Shown: positions 39,595-52,698 of the stretch, piece after piece | How the letters are laid out: each line of letters starts with the position of its first letter | How positions within the stretch are numbered: position 1 is the first letter of the stretch | Origin: Heptranchias perlo | Taxonomy: Eukaryota | Length of the DNA stretch: 64,000 nt | Direction: 5' to 3' | Assembly (NCBI RefSeq): GCF_035084215.1 | Contig: NC_090350.1 | Location: 25,978,001 to 26,042,000 of the forward strand | Translations under genes and position numbers: made by a program | The notes under the pieces: model-generated | Databases searched by the model: none | What the model was told of the DNA's origin: nothing | The model's input: the letters and a program-made list of their open reading frames with translations, nothing else

Positions 39595-41400
39595 TGAGCC
39601 TTAGCAGTCTGAGATTTATAGTGACTCTGAAGTCCTTCAACATGTTGTCTCCTCCCAAATCCATACCTATCTTTCCCGCAACTCTTATGTCTGAATCTGT
39701 CCAAGTAGGCGTCCGCCCCTACCATACAACTGGAGCAGCCCTAATCAGAGTCACAAATAACATCCTCTCTGACTGACGTGGTGCACTGTCTCTCCTCATC
39801 CTTCTCAACTTCTCTGCAGCCAGTTAACTGCACTATCCTTCTCCATTACCTCTCCTCCATCGTCCAGCTAAGTGGCCCTCACCTGGTACCACTCTTACCC
39901 ATCCAGTTGTAGCTAGAGAATCTCCTGCAGTGGCGTTTCTTTTTGCACCGTTGCCTCTGGAGAGCCCCGAGGATCTATCCTTGGCCCTCATCTATTTCTC
40001 ATCTACATGTTGCCCCTCGGCGACGTCATCCAAAGACATGACATCAAGTGCCACATGTACGCTAACGACATCCAGCTCTACTACACCACCACTTTTCTTG
40101 ACCCTCTCCACTGCTTAGGAACATAGGAACAGGAGTATGCCATTCAGCCCCTCGTGCCTGCTCCGCCATTTGATAAGATCATGGCTGATCTGTGATCTAA
40201 CTCCATATACCTGCCTTTGGCCCATATCCCTTAATACCTTTGGTTGCCAAAAAGCTATCTATCAGATTTAAATTTAGCAATTGAGCTAGTATCAATTGCT
40301 GTTTGCGGAAGAGAGTTCCAAACTTCTACCACCCTTTGTGTGTAGAAATGTTTTCTAATCTCGCTCCTGAAAGGTCTGGCTCTAATTTTTAGACTGTGCC
40401 CCCTACTCCTAAAATCCCCAACCAGTGGAAATAGTTTCTCTCTATCCACCCTTTCTTTTCCCCTTAATATCTTATAAACTTCGATCAGATCACCCCTGAA
40501 CCTTCGAAACTCTAGAGAATACAACCCCAATTTGTGTAATCTCTCCTCGTACCCAGACTTCAAGGGTTAAGTTATCATTCTAGTAAACATACGCTGCACT
40601 CCCTCCAAGGCCAATATGTCCTTCCGAAGGTGCGGTGCGGTGCCCAGAACTGCTCACAGTACTCCAGGTGCGGTCTAATTAGGGTTTCGTATAGCTGCAG
40701 CATAACTTTGCCCCCTTGTACTCTAGTCCTCTAGATATCAAGGCCAGCATTCCATTAGCCTTATTGATTATTTTCTGCACCTGTTCATGACACTTCAATG
40801 ATCTATGTACCTGAACCCCTAAGTCCCTTTGGACATCCACTGTTTTTAACTTTTTACCATTTAGAAAGTACCCTGTTCTATCCTTTTTTGATCCGTTGTC
40901 AGATTGCTTGTCCAACAACCAGTCCTGAATGGGCCGAAATTCCCTCCAATTAAACATCGGAAAGATTGAAGCCCTTCAGCTCCCGCCACGAACTCCATTC
41001 CCTCGCCACCGATTTCATCCCCATCCCTGGCTGCTGTCTCGGGCTGAACTAAACTGTTTGAAACCTCCAGCGCCCTATTTGACCCTGACCTAAGCTTCTG
41101 ACCCCGTATCCTCTCCTTTCACCCGGACCGCCTACTTCCACTTCCGTAACATCGCCTGTATTTGCCCACTCCCTTCACGCCAACATTGGCGGCTGTGCCT
41201 AAGCTCTCCGCCCCTCCACCCCTCTTGTCCTTTTAAGACCTTTTTTAAAATCTAGCTCTTTGACCAAACTTTTAGTCTTAATATTCTAATAGCCCTTTCT
41301 TTGGTTCAGTGTCAATTTTTGTCTTGATTACGTTCCTGTGAAGCGCCTTGGGACATTTTCTTGCGTTTAAAAGCACCATATAAATGCAAGTTGTTATCAT
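39595..41400 (+). mobile_element. L2 LINE remnant with nested CR1 (-, about 40117-40893)
   Basis: L2 RT motifs (TTGAALIRVTNNILSD; cacatgtacgctaacgac YADD-like); nested CR1 tail aggaacataggaacaggagtatgcc and ORF GYEERLHKLGLYSLEFRRFRGDLIEVYKIL. Confidence 0.85.
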
Positions 41401-42872
41401 TGATTCTTTCATGTCTTACAAAAAAAAATAGATGTAGTGGAGTATGATAGTCACAGTGACCCTCACATGCTTAGCCTGTCAGTATAGATGGGGGCCCTAT
41501 CTTCCTCTCCAGTCCAACTGAATAAAGCAGAGTTTTTATTGTATATTTTTATATTTCATATAATTCTGGTAAGCAATGAGGACTTCTGTTTGAATTTAGC
41601 TTTTTCACCATTTGTATAATTGAAGCTTAATTAAGCTACCTGTTAAAAACGTTTATGCAGGTAATTTTGTTTTGCAAATATGAAGCCTTGTGGACTATGG
41701 CAAAATATTAAAATTCATCTGTACAAATCAAAGAGCTACAAAACTGAACAAGATAAAAAACAGAAAACACAAGTGTAAAATCAAGTTGTTAAGAATAGAA
41801 CTGTTTCAGATCAGATCATTTGTTAAAATGTGAGCAGGTTTGGTATTCTGTAGAAAATGCAAATTAACCCCCTCATGGTTTTACAGACCTTTTTGAAAAG
41901 GATAATTGAACCTTTTTATTAATCTGGTACTGTATATTGCTTGCATAAATAATAGTACAGTGGTTTAATTTCTAAGAACAAAGCAGGCACTGACAGCTCA
42001 ATTTCAGACTATTAGGTTGGAATGCAATGTAGCTGCAGAATTTTATAGGAATTATTTTTATGTTTGAGCACAATTATAATTTATAATTTGTTTGACTTGT
42101 ACAAAATCGCTCCCTTTTTAAAAAAAAATTCAAACCCTAATAGAAATTGAATATGGCAATTAAACATTGACAATCTCAGTTTATTCAAACACTTTTGTCC
42201 ATTTCTGGTAGTCTAGTTGGTGGTCCAAGTTTTTTTTTGATAAGCATGTACATTTAAAAAAATTTTCTTGCATAACTTCTTGACTATTTCTAATCCCGCT
42301 GACTGGAGCGATTTCATAACATCACAAAGACAGATGCAGACGTAGAGTCTCGCTTTGCTCTGGAAACAGTGAGGCCGTAACTAATTAACACTCGACAAGT
42401 ATGGTGTTGCACGGATGATAAACTTATAATGCAAGTATCCCTAAGCTTGTCAATCACTTCCTTTCAAAACTGCAAATCCAGTCTTTCCTTATAACTTGGG
42501 CCTCTGGTCGGTCTCATGGCTTTTCTTTGAACTGCCTCCTGAGCTTGAATGTCTCCCCTGTGTCTCAGTGAGCAGAATTGGACACAGCACTCAAGGTGTG
42601 GCCTGACCAGAGCACTATATAGTTTCAGCACTATTTCTCTGATCTATACTCATTACTGAGAGATTTTGAACAGCACAATTCCACAGGGATGCAGAAGGCT
42701 GGATTTCCTCACAAGTACTCCGTGATGTGCTTATGAAACATAAGTTGTGCTTATATGTAGTGTTTAAATGTTATGCCCTCATCTCCTAGTCTGCCTAAGG
42801 GAGACCATATTGGAGATTTGTTTTACATGCATGAGTTCTCAATTTCACTCTGATACTGCTAATGAAGCTTGA

Positions 42873-42986
<114 letters not shown>

Positions 42987-43706
42987 TAATGTGAAGTGAA
43001 CTCTGTTATCTGTATGAGGCTGTTTCTGGTTAAATTTTGATCATCTAGGCCTTTTGCCATTTTGTTTCTAGTCTGGGTTACGATTCCCTCTAAGCAAACT
43101 GAGCATGTCTGAATCCTCTTGGTTCGATTACTGCTTTAACAGAATCCGTTTACAAATGAGAATGAAAAATATACATAAAGTAACATAATTCAATCAAAAC
43201 TTTCGAATTTATATTGAAAACACCAGTGACTAAGATGACCTTTTTTCCCATGTTTGTGACCAATAAAGGGGTTGCTGCATCTGTACCCTGTCCATCTTTA
43301 TTTGAAATTTCTGCTGTCACCCATTAGAGGAAATGCTTATGGATCTGCTCACTTCTCTGGCAGCCAGAGGAAAATGTCTCGTGCATTTAATTATCCACTG
43401 CACTAGCTGTAGGATGACATTTCTCGTGACTGGCTCAGGAAAGTTATTGCATATTGACCTGCTCTTCCATTAAAAGGAATCTGCGTGCTTTACTTGTCCT
43501 TTTGTTGTAGCTGAAAGATAGTGTTGTGGCAAGATGATGTAATTGGTAAAATAGTCTCTGACTAAAACAAATGGTATATAATTCACATTGTTTATGACTT
43601 CTTCATTAATAAGAGAATCCAGCCTATAATGCCCGTCTGGTTGCAGCATACTTTTTGAAAGATTCCTGAAGGCTGCATTATAAAAAGGGGCTACTGTATA
43701 TTTTAA

Positions 43707-43874
<168 letters not shown>

Positions 43875-45429
43875 TGAAAGCAAGTAATTCCTCTAATCTG
43901 CTTTTTGAAAACTCATTTATTTAGTTCCATACCTGACTGATGCTGAAACCCATATAATTAGATGTGATTTTGCTAGTTTTTGTCAAGTCATTAGGCCACT
44001 TTGTGTCACCGCCTCCTAAAGATTAAAAGGAGAGGAAACTAAAAGTAACAGAGCACATATAGGTTGATAACCTATTGTTTGTAATCACTGAGAACCGTGG
44101 CTAATGAATTCTCGTTTTTTTTCATACATTTTGGGATTTAATCTCTGGTTGAGTTTCTTAAAATAAGATTGGACTTTATATTGGTTTATGTATTTGCTGA
44201 ATGCTGTACAATTCAGCAATATCTGCATGATTTTTTTAAATTGCACTTTGGGGGGGGGGAAGTTCCTACAGTATATTATGGAACTTTGGAAAGCATAAAT
44301 GTTTTGCAAGAGGAAATGTAATTTCAATACAGTATATCAGTGCAAGAAAAAGATCTTCTTCCACCAAATGAAGTTGAGCTGCAGTTTTGACACTTGAGTG
44401 CAGTTGTACTTTAATGATTTCCCTTTTCTGTCTTCATGGTGACTTTGAAGAAGGGAAAACCTGATTTTTTTTACTCCAACTCAGTCTTGGTATGAAGATG
44501 AATCCTTGCAGACCCATATACATCATTATTTATCACTGCAGGAAACCGTGCAGTAGAGGTTGTTTTCTTGTGTATTTGTACAAGTGTCAGCTTGGATCAG
44601 GGTTTTGGCCAACATTTATTCTTCAACCATCACCACCAAAGCAGATTAACTGACCTCATTGCTGTTTATGGGACCTTGCTGTAAGCTAATTGGCTGTTGC
44701 ATTTCCCTACATAACAATGACTTCATTATAGAAGTAATTTGTTTGCTGCAAAGTGCTTTGGGAATCCTGAGTGTGAATGGTGTTGAGTAAATGCAAGTTC
44801 TTTTCATTTAATTTTAAGTTGTCACCATCCACAGCAAATGTATACAACATCAAATAAATCTACTAAAAATAATCTGTTGGGATATAAGTGTATATGTACC
44901 AATGACTTGAATAGACAAAATGTTTGTGTTCGATAGGTGTTCAAAATTGAGTAGTTTTGATCAGATAAATTTGGGGTGGGGGGGGGGGAGGATCTATTTC
45001 CATTAGTTGTTGAGACAGTAATCATTGGATATAAATTTAAGATAATCAACAGATTGAAACAAGAAGTTAGGAGAAAATTTTAAGAGGGTTGTTGGGACAT
45101 GAAGTGCCAGACCAGAAATGTTGCTGAAAGCAAAATCAATAATTGCTTTTAAAGGGGAAGTGAATAGATTTTAAAAGTGGATAAATAATGTGATAAAGAT
45201 CTAAAAAGTAATGGGAAAGGGCAGGGACAAAGTGGTATTTGTATGTCCTTTTTATATTTAACTTCTTACTCCTAACAATATTATTTTCAGTGTTGTGCTG
45301 ATTCTTTTTGGCCTGATTCAAAAAGATAGTGTTAAAATGTAGATGTTTCTGTAAAAATCTACTGCGGGTTGTGTACCAGTGTATATCGGTGTGGTAAAGT
45401 TTTTCTTTTAAACCGTCTGCCTCTCCAAC

Positions 45430-45430
<1 letters not shown>

Positions 45431-45460
<30 letters not shown>
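45431..45460. repeat. Poly-C run (30 nt) inside an L2 tail (about 45400-45610)
   Basis: Seen directly. Confidence 0.9.
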
Positions 45461-45683
45461 TTTCTAAAACCCACCTTTTTGACTGAGCTTTTGGTCACCT
45501 CTCCTAATATCTCCTCCTTTTGGCTCGGTGTCTGTTTTTTGATTATGCTTCTGAACTGCTTGGGGATATTTTTCCATGTTAAAGGTGCTTTATAAATGCA
45601 TCTTATTGTTAGTTCTGTTTTTCTGTATTTGTATTATTTCAGCAAAGAGAGGTTGATTTTTGATTTTTTTTTTCCTTTTTTAG

Positions 45684-45744
45684 AAAAGCCAGATGTTTAC
45701 CCTGGTATAGCTGTCTTCTTCCAAAATGCATTTATCTTCTTTGG
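45684..45744 (+). CDS. TMEM50A: TMEM50A exon
   Basis: TAG|AA KPDVYPGIAVFFQNAFIFF GG|GTAAGC. Confidence 0.94.
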
Positions 45745-45933
45745 GTAAGCATATATGTAATAGTGTAAAGTCTACATAAGGCCTATGTAGAACTTCTATT
45801 ATTTTTTTTTAAAAAGTAAAATCCACGCTAATACAGAATCACCAATATAATCATTATACAGAAACTTAATTTTATTAGCCTAATAAAAGATTGATTTATT
45901 TTTTGCTGATGACATTTCTCACTTTCTTTGCAG

Positions 45934-45979
45934 GGGCCTGGTCTTCAAGTTTGGACGTACAGAAGATCTGTGGCAGTAA
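45934..45979 (+). CDS. TMEM50A: TMEM50A last coding exon
   Basis: CAG|G GLVFKFGRTEDLWQ TAA; C-terminus matches TMEM50A rather than TMEM50B; total 159 aa. Confidence 0.95.
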
Positions 45980-46275
45980 ACATCCAGACATTGCAGTGTA
46001 TTGACTATATTCTGTATTTTTCTCATACAACCTGTATCTGTCTTGCTGTATATGTTTGTAGCTTTTTTTGCTCTTGTGTTTACATTTTACCATGACTCTA
46101 ACTTTCCCTCTGGAGTTTGTCATATTGATATGTGGCTTGTTTTGCTTAATGAGGCATTTGTCAAAATGAGTGACTTATAATAATGTAGAACAAATTAAAC
46201 GGTTACCCTTAACAGTAGCAGAATTCAAAGTGGTGGAGGATTGTAGATGAATTGTAACATGATTTTTTTAATAAT

Positions 46276-48643
46276 GGCTGGGAATTTCCTGGCAAGGTGT
46301 TATCGGTAAATTTAAGCTCTAAGTCACAATGGTTTGCAAGCTGATCTTCCTGACGTAATTCTGCCATAATTTCCTGGGGAACTAATTTGCATTCACCATC
46401 CAACGTAGTGGTGTTCCTAGGACCTTAGCAGTAGTGCAACTAAGGGTGGAATCACTATTAAAAAGCTCAGAATAGATGCTGAACAATTCCGCCACCAGCT
46501 GCTCTCTGACTTGCCTGGTAAGCTGCAAGCGTCAATTTTTCTGAAGCGCCACCAACCCTGGGCTTGGGCACATGAACGTTGGGGTCCTCAGGTTCTATGG
46601 GATCCTCATCTGCCAAGTCCAGCTGAGCCCTTCCTGCAGGATGAAAATGCACAGCAGGCCCCTACAATCCTTGCCACCCTTTCCGTTGTTTACTTTAGAG
46701 CTCGACACCCCCAAAACCTCTCCAGGCACCTAAAACGAGCTTTCAGCACCTTGATTGTCCTCTCCACCGTGTGCTGCGTGACTGTAATTGCATGATTGTA
46801 GCTTTTCTATGCTACACTGGTCATGTGAAATGGTATCAGCTATAGCTTCAGGCGCTGGGCTTTATCCTCCAAGATCCATCTGTTTGCCTCTCTTCACTGA
46901 ATAAGTCAGTGATGATGGAATGGTGAAGGATAATGGTGTTGTGATAGCTTCCCGGATGCACTGCATTGACTTGTAGAATCCTTTGTTGGGCATCGCAGAC
47001 GATCTGCTTATTTAACTAATACAACCCTTTCCTGTAATTAATGTGACTGGGTCCTTTTTTGAAGCTGTCAGCCCCACTTGCGTACCATTGGTAGTCCTCG
47101 TGCACCCTGAAGAAGCTAGCCTGTGGATGTCAGTGGCCCTGTCAGCTTGCTCTGCAGGAGCCGTGCCATGTTGGATGAAGTCTGATGCCCTGCAGAAGAG
47201 GGCATTTGTTACCTGCGGAATCCAAACCCTCTCAGCTCCCTGGGTGCTGTTGTAAAGATCTCCATTGGATGACTGGAAGGAACCCAAGCTGTTCTTTTTC
47301 ATATGTAAAAAAAAAATATTTTTTTAAAATTGTAGGCCATGGTCACCTTCGTTTTGACTAATTGGACCTTGTATGACATAGACTGTGGCTTCAGACCTTC
47401 CTGCAGCATTTCACACAATGTTCAATTACTTCTCATAAAGCACAGTCTGCACGTGTACTGCTCCACTGACAGGCCCTGGTATGACTACCTTTATTCACTG
47501 TAGCATGCTCCTACAGAGCATTGCTTGGTGGATCGTATGACTCCATCTGTCATTGTCCTTAGCTCTCATTAGTGGAGAGGATCCCTATATTCAGGGACCC
47601 AAGGCCAGCTGTAATGGTCGAGAGCCAGGTGCTTCTTAGCCTTTTAGGGGGCAATTTCCATGTCTTCAGAGGACAAGTAATGAGTTTCCTAGAGGTGTGT
47701 GACCAGTCACAAACAGCAATGAACATCTTTTGGCAATTGTATCAGTTAAGTGAGTTTAGGCAGTCATCTGTCTGACCTGACATTTTTGCAGGCCTGCTTG
47801 GGAGACAGTCCAAGTCTCCATTGCATATTGGAGAATTAGAATGATGCAAGTATAGTACAGGCAAAGTTTTGTTAGTCACATCTCCTGCTTCCATCATATG
47901 TTCTTGTCGAAATCCATCATCGACTGACATGTTAGCGCAATGCTGCGACGTATTTCTGCCATGAATCGACGGGACTTGTTGATTAATGAGCCCAGATACA
48001 TAAACCGCTCCACACATTTCACAGTCCCACCTTAGATCTCTAGACTTGCAAGTACACTCTTATGAAGGTGGTGCCTCACATGCTGTGGCTGTTGTCTCTG
48101 TTCCTCCATGATCATGGTGAATGTGCATTGGGACAGCCATTGGAGCTACTTTCCCATTCTGAATACATTGACAGGGGTGGGTTCCAAAAAAATATTGGCT
48201 TCAGGAACTCGCAGGTCTTTGGTCATGAAAACTGAAGATGTCAGTCAGAGACAAACAAAAGAAAACCTGGAAAAAGTCAATCCTAATGTGTAGAGCTGAA
48301 GCTGCAAATAGTCCTGCCTGGATGAGAGCTATAAATGATGTTACTAGCCTGTGACATCAAACCCACCCGTGCCTAGTTTATTAAGCATAATTGAATGCTT
48401 AAGAAAACTAGCATAAATCTAAGAAATATGCTCTTTTTTGAATGGAGGTGGAGCTATGTTAATGAGTTTTGGAGGGTATCGTTGGAGCTCTCTGCAAAGC
48501 GGTGCAAAAGTTCCAGGAAATTAGAATAGTGTGAAAACTGGTTTAGCCCACGTCATATTTTCCTCGGATTTTTGCACTGGCAAACAACTTTGCGACGTAG
48601 ATCTGCCAATATTATGGCAGAAGTTTCCAGGAAATTCCCAACC
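46276..48643 (-). mobile_element. Complete but decayed PIF/Harbinger DNA transposon with TIRs and 3-bp TSD
   Basis: TIRs ggctgggaatttcctgg (46276-46292) / ccaggaaattcccaacc (48627-48643), 16/17 match; AAT on both flanks; minus-strand HARBI1-like peptides GSFQSSNGDL..QVTNALFCRASDFI and YNHAITVTQHTVERTIKVLKARFRCLE..RVARIVGACC. Confidence 0.88.
47565..48180 (-). mobile_element. RTE-clade LINE fragment nested in the Harbinger element
   Basis: Minus translation VERFMYLGSLI..AEIRRSIAL..KNI*WK..TKLCLY..LQYAMETWT and a GCP motif, typical of the RTE ORF C-terminal region. Confidence 0.7.
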
Positions 48644-51030
48644 AATGTATTTTTCAAATAGAAGCTTCTGTATATAAAAAGAACTTTAATTTGTATAGCG
48701 CCGTGCATGTTCTCAAGATGTCTCGGCACTTTACAGCCAATGAAATACTTTTGATGTGTAGTCACTATTGCTATGCGTTTACCTACTAAACAAGGTCCCA
48801 TAAATAGCAATGAGTTAAATGTCTGCATTGTTCAACCTCTTTTTAAACTCTTGTTTGTTGAAAAGGTGATGATGGGCTGGTGGTCCCAGGGATACTGCAA
48901 AGTTACATCAAAGGTTTCAGGGGTCATAAGTCGGAGAATCCTGACGATAGTTGCTCTTTAACTTGCTAAATCCAAGTTGCTTGAATCCATTAATGAATTA
49001 TGTCTGGATAGGAAAAGCAAATAGCAATAGATGATTTGGGTAATTCAGTGATTAAGAGCAATGTCAGATTTGGAGGAAAAATGTTAATACAGAGCGGATC
49101 TTGTAACTACAGTTTAACACTGCAATGACCTTCATTTTAACTAATCGACTGTGTCTAACCATGTATTTGATGCTGATGGTGGGAAAATTCCAGTGGTCAG
49201 ATAAGCAGTGGTGGCACCTTGAGAATGTTGGTTTATTTGCATATCTGGAGTGTAAGTGGCTAAGTTGGCAGCCATGTCCACTATTAGCCATGATGACCCC
49301 CACACAAATATTTTGACTTGGTAGCTAATTAGTAATTTTGTTTTGTATGTTCTGTAACTTTGCATTCCTGATAATAAAAACTAGTGCAAAAGCTCCCCAT
49401 GAAAATGCTTTTATAATAATCCTGTATTTTTTATATAATCATTTAGTTTTGCACAGACATGCAATACAAACTGAAATTTAGTCCAATTATCATTTATGAC
49501 CTCTTGCTTTGGTAAAGTTACTGTGGGGCTCAAAATCATGTATTTTAATGACTTGCTGTTTTTTGTGTAATCAATATTTTAACATTTGTTTTCATAATGA
49601 AGTGTATATGCAGTGTAACAATTATTGCAAAATTACTAAAAGTATTGTTAAAAAATCAGTTCAATAAATGAAAGCCAAATTTCAAATATGGTGTAGCAAT
49701 GAACTGGACCTATTTGCTGTAATACTTACAATTATCTTAGTATCCATTGATGCAGGAGGTTATTGTATGATGCGCTGTACCATGGATGGATAAACTAAGG
49801 GACTGTGCCCATAATTCTCCACACTGTGAATGCTTCATCTTGGTCAAATGATTAGGGATCAGCATCAAACATTGCTTCCTCACAAGAAGAGGTAGAAATG
49901 TTATTAGGTGAGTCGCTCAGGTCCGTTCTTGCACTCCATCCGTCGGCAGATTACAGTGTACAGAGTGCAGGGATTTAGGAACTGATTTTTCACCTGCTGT
50001 CTTGGATTGGAATTGTGTATGGCCCAAGAGGGAGAGGAAGATATAATTTGGGAAAATTTTAGGAATTACTAATGATTTGGAAGATGTGGTTTGGCAAAAC
50101 AAGTCTGATCAATGCTGCTATTATGGTTAGTGTGTTAACAGATAGAGATGGAAAATGGCAGGAAAGTAGCTAATACCCAGATTATTGCATTTAATAATGA
50201 ATCAGGAGCAGATGTTCTGCAAAGAGCACCTTAGTTCTCTGATTAGCCATCAAAAGTGGAAAAAATAAATCCTTATCAGAATGTTTAGTTACCTATCTCC
50301 CACCCACTAATATGATCTGTATAAAAGCATTCATATATTACTGGATTAAGGAACTTTGGGTGTGCAAGCAGTCCCAGACTAGTGAATATCATTCATTCAT
50401 TCAATACAATGGGACCTGAAATTTTTTGAAGGTGTTGAGCATTCCATAGTAGAAGACCCAACTTGAAGATGATCAGTCGTCTTGATGGGTTAAAATATTT
50501 TGCTGATGCGCACTACCACGTTTTGTGGTGTAAACTGAGCATAACTGGCATTTTGTTAGGTTGCTATAGCTATCGCCCCCTGATTATCCTTCCTGCAAAT
50601 TACACTGGGGATGGAAAGATCTCACATGAGTAATCCGATACAGCCTGGGGACTAATTTCAAGATGACGACTACTAATGGAAGCCTGAAACTAAATGAACC
50701 TTGTGTGATAATCTAATAGCTGAACCAGGCAGGTCCACAGTACTCCAGGGCATTTTTAATTTATCAGCCAATCTGGCTCATTAATAGAATCTGGAGAGTT
50801 GTCATTGGGGGCCAGGATTCGTTCTATCTAGCTCAAGATAATCCAATGTTTAGGGCAGTCATAAGTGGACAACCCAACAGAAAACAGAAACCCTACAGGT
50901 GGGTGTAGATTTCCCAGCAACATGATTTGAATACCATTAAATTTGAGTGTCTCTGTGTGTAAGATACTTGGCTGACCACAAAAACCCATAATAGGTTGGA
51001 TCACCATCACTATTAAAACCAAGAAGTAAC

Positions 51031-51785
51031 ATCTGTAGAAAGAAACCAAGCACACCCCAAATGGACAGAAAGTCTGAATTTCCGCTATGCTCAGTTGTAT
51101 ATGAAGCTCCTCACCAGAAGCACAAATTCTTAAAATCTATCTTTATATTTCTGCTAATATGACACCATCTGTGGTAGCCGTGTTGCAATTGAAATAGGTT
51201 TAATAAATTTGTTTTATGGGAACATTCTAAAATGCAACAAATACATATTTGTATCAAGACTAAACACTCCATTTAACAACTTTTTTCCAAGGGATTTACT
51301 TTACAGATGATAAGCAAATCAGAAAATTGTAACCTGTTACACAAATAACATGTTTCATCCCATAAGAATGACTCTTGCACCATCCTGTATATCCAAATTA
51401 TGTATAAAAAGGTAAAAGCAATGTATTGGAACTGACACAAAACTAATTTGGAGGAATGTTGTAGATAGAAATGAGATATGATAAATATTTCCACAAGTGA
51501 TACTTGGTGAAAAAGTTACGTGAGTGGATTATGGATTAGTCAGACTTATGAATGAAAGTATAGAATCTTATCCCACTTCTGACTATGGTGCATTCTGTTT
51601 GTACCACCTGTCAAATATTTTCAATTTTAAAAAGGTTTTACTTAAAATCTGATGGTGTCATATTAGTAGAAATATAAAAATAGATTTTACGAATGTGTGT
51701 TCCCGGTGAGGAGCTTCACATACAACAGAGCATGTTGGAAATTCAGACTGTCCATTTGGGGTGTGCTAGGTTTCTTTCTTCAGAT
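51031..51785. repeat. Inverted repeat, about 135-bp arms (51031-51169, 51651-51785), about 480-bp spacer
   Basis: Manual alignment: about 14 mismatches and one 4-nt indel. Confidence 0.92.
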
Positions 51786-51944
51786 AGTGGTTTCCAGGTA
51801 TGGAAGCTAAAAAATTGAACTGAAATACACTTGGGGTTTGCTGATCTATATCTCTGCTATATAGCCTTGGCACACAAAGCTTTACTGGAGCACAAATTTA
51901 TAAAGTCTACCCTCTAATTTCATACCATTAATCAACCGTCCATT

Positions 51945-52275
51945 AAAGTTCCCAAATGACCATTCTTCATGTGCGAGTCCAGACAGTGAGTATCGGCAGG
52001 TTGTTTGAATGAGAGGGGTATCACAGCCAACCTTGATCTTCCACACACATTTTTCCAGCAGGAATCACTGGATAGTGATCAGGAATGGAAACCCTATCTG
52101 ATTTTCCCATTCCTCTCCAAGGGGCACTGAGGCCAATTATAGCACCTTATTGCTGCCCTGGCTGACATCGTCTATGTCAGCACAGACTATGGATTGTATC
52201 TGAATCTTTCCTGGTCTGTGTGGCTCAGTTCCACTTTGAGCAATACATTTACCAAATGCACCATTAGGGGAGCTC
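51945..52275 (-). mobile_element. tRNA-headed SINE (AmnSINE2-like)
   Basis: Minus strand agctcccctaatggtg..actgagccacacagaccaggaa..gtctgtgctga..cagccagggcagc..ataattggcctcagtgcccc..tcactatccagtga..ctgctggaaa. Confidence 0.6.
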
Positions 52276-52671
52276 AACGTTTTTTTCTGAATATTTATTT
52301 AATTAAAATTTCTTTAACCATTTTTAACACTAGGTTAAAGTTTTCACATTAGTATAAAATGCATCCTTGCACACATTCAATACAATATTTAATCAAAAAG
52401 CAGACACAACCGAATAATGCATGAGCTATAGCATTTTGACAAAGGGCCTACCCGATCCAGTGGGCATTCAACATGTATTGATTTTCTCTAGCATTTCACC
52501 ACACTTCACTTTACATTAATCCTTTGTAAAATTCAATAGATTTTTGTTCTTTTTCTTTGTACACTTTTTGTGAAATTAGTTCCACCCTTCTGAAGTAATT
52601 CTTCTTAATCTCTAGTGCCTGTTGTTCTTTGTTTCAAAATAGGAACGATGTTGGTGAGCTCCTTTCTTTCT

Positions 52672-52698
52672 TCAGATTGTAGTTGCCAGGTGTGGAAA
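52672..52698 (-). CDS. RHD: Rh30 exon 10 (FPHLATTI-stop)
   Basis: TAG acceptor at 52699; FPHLA plus 3 aa and stop parallels human RhD/CE FPHLAVGF; AATAAA at 52299-52294. Confidence 0.88.
   Translation of the reverse strand, partial: FPHLATTI

Noticed and set aside
45431-45460. 30-nt poly-C/G run as a functional G-quadruplex
   Set aside because: Lies in a decayed L2 tail, homopolymer length is unreliable in assemblies, and nothing else supports function
46480-47540. Domesticated HARBI1-like gene
   Set aside because: Multiple stops and frameshifts, and still flanked by TIRs and a TSD; a dead transposon
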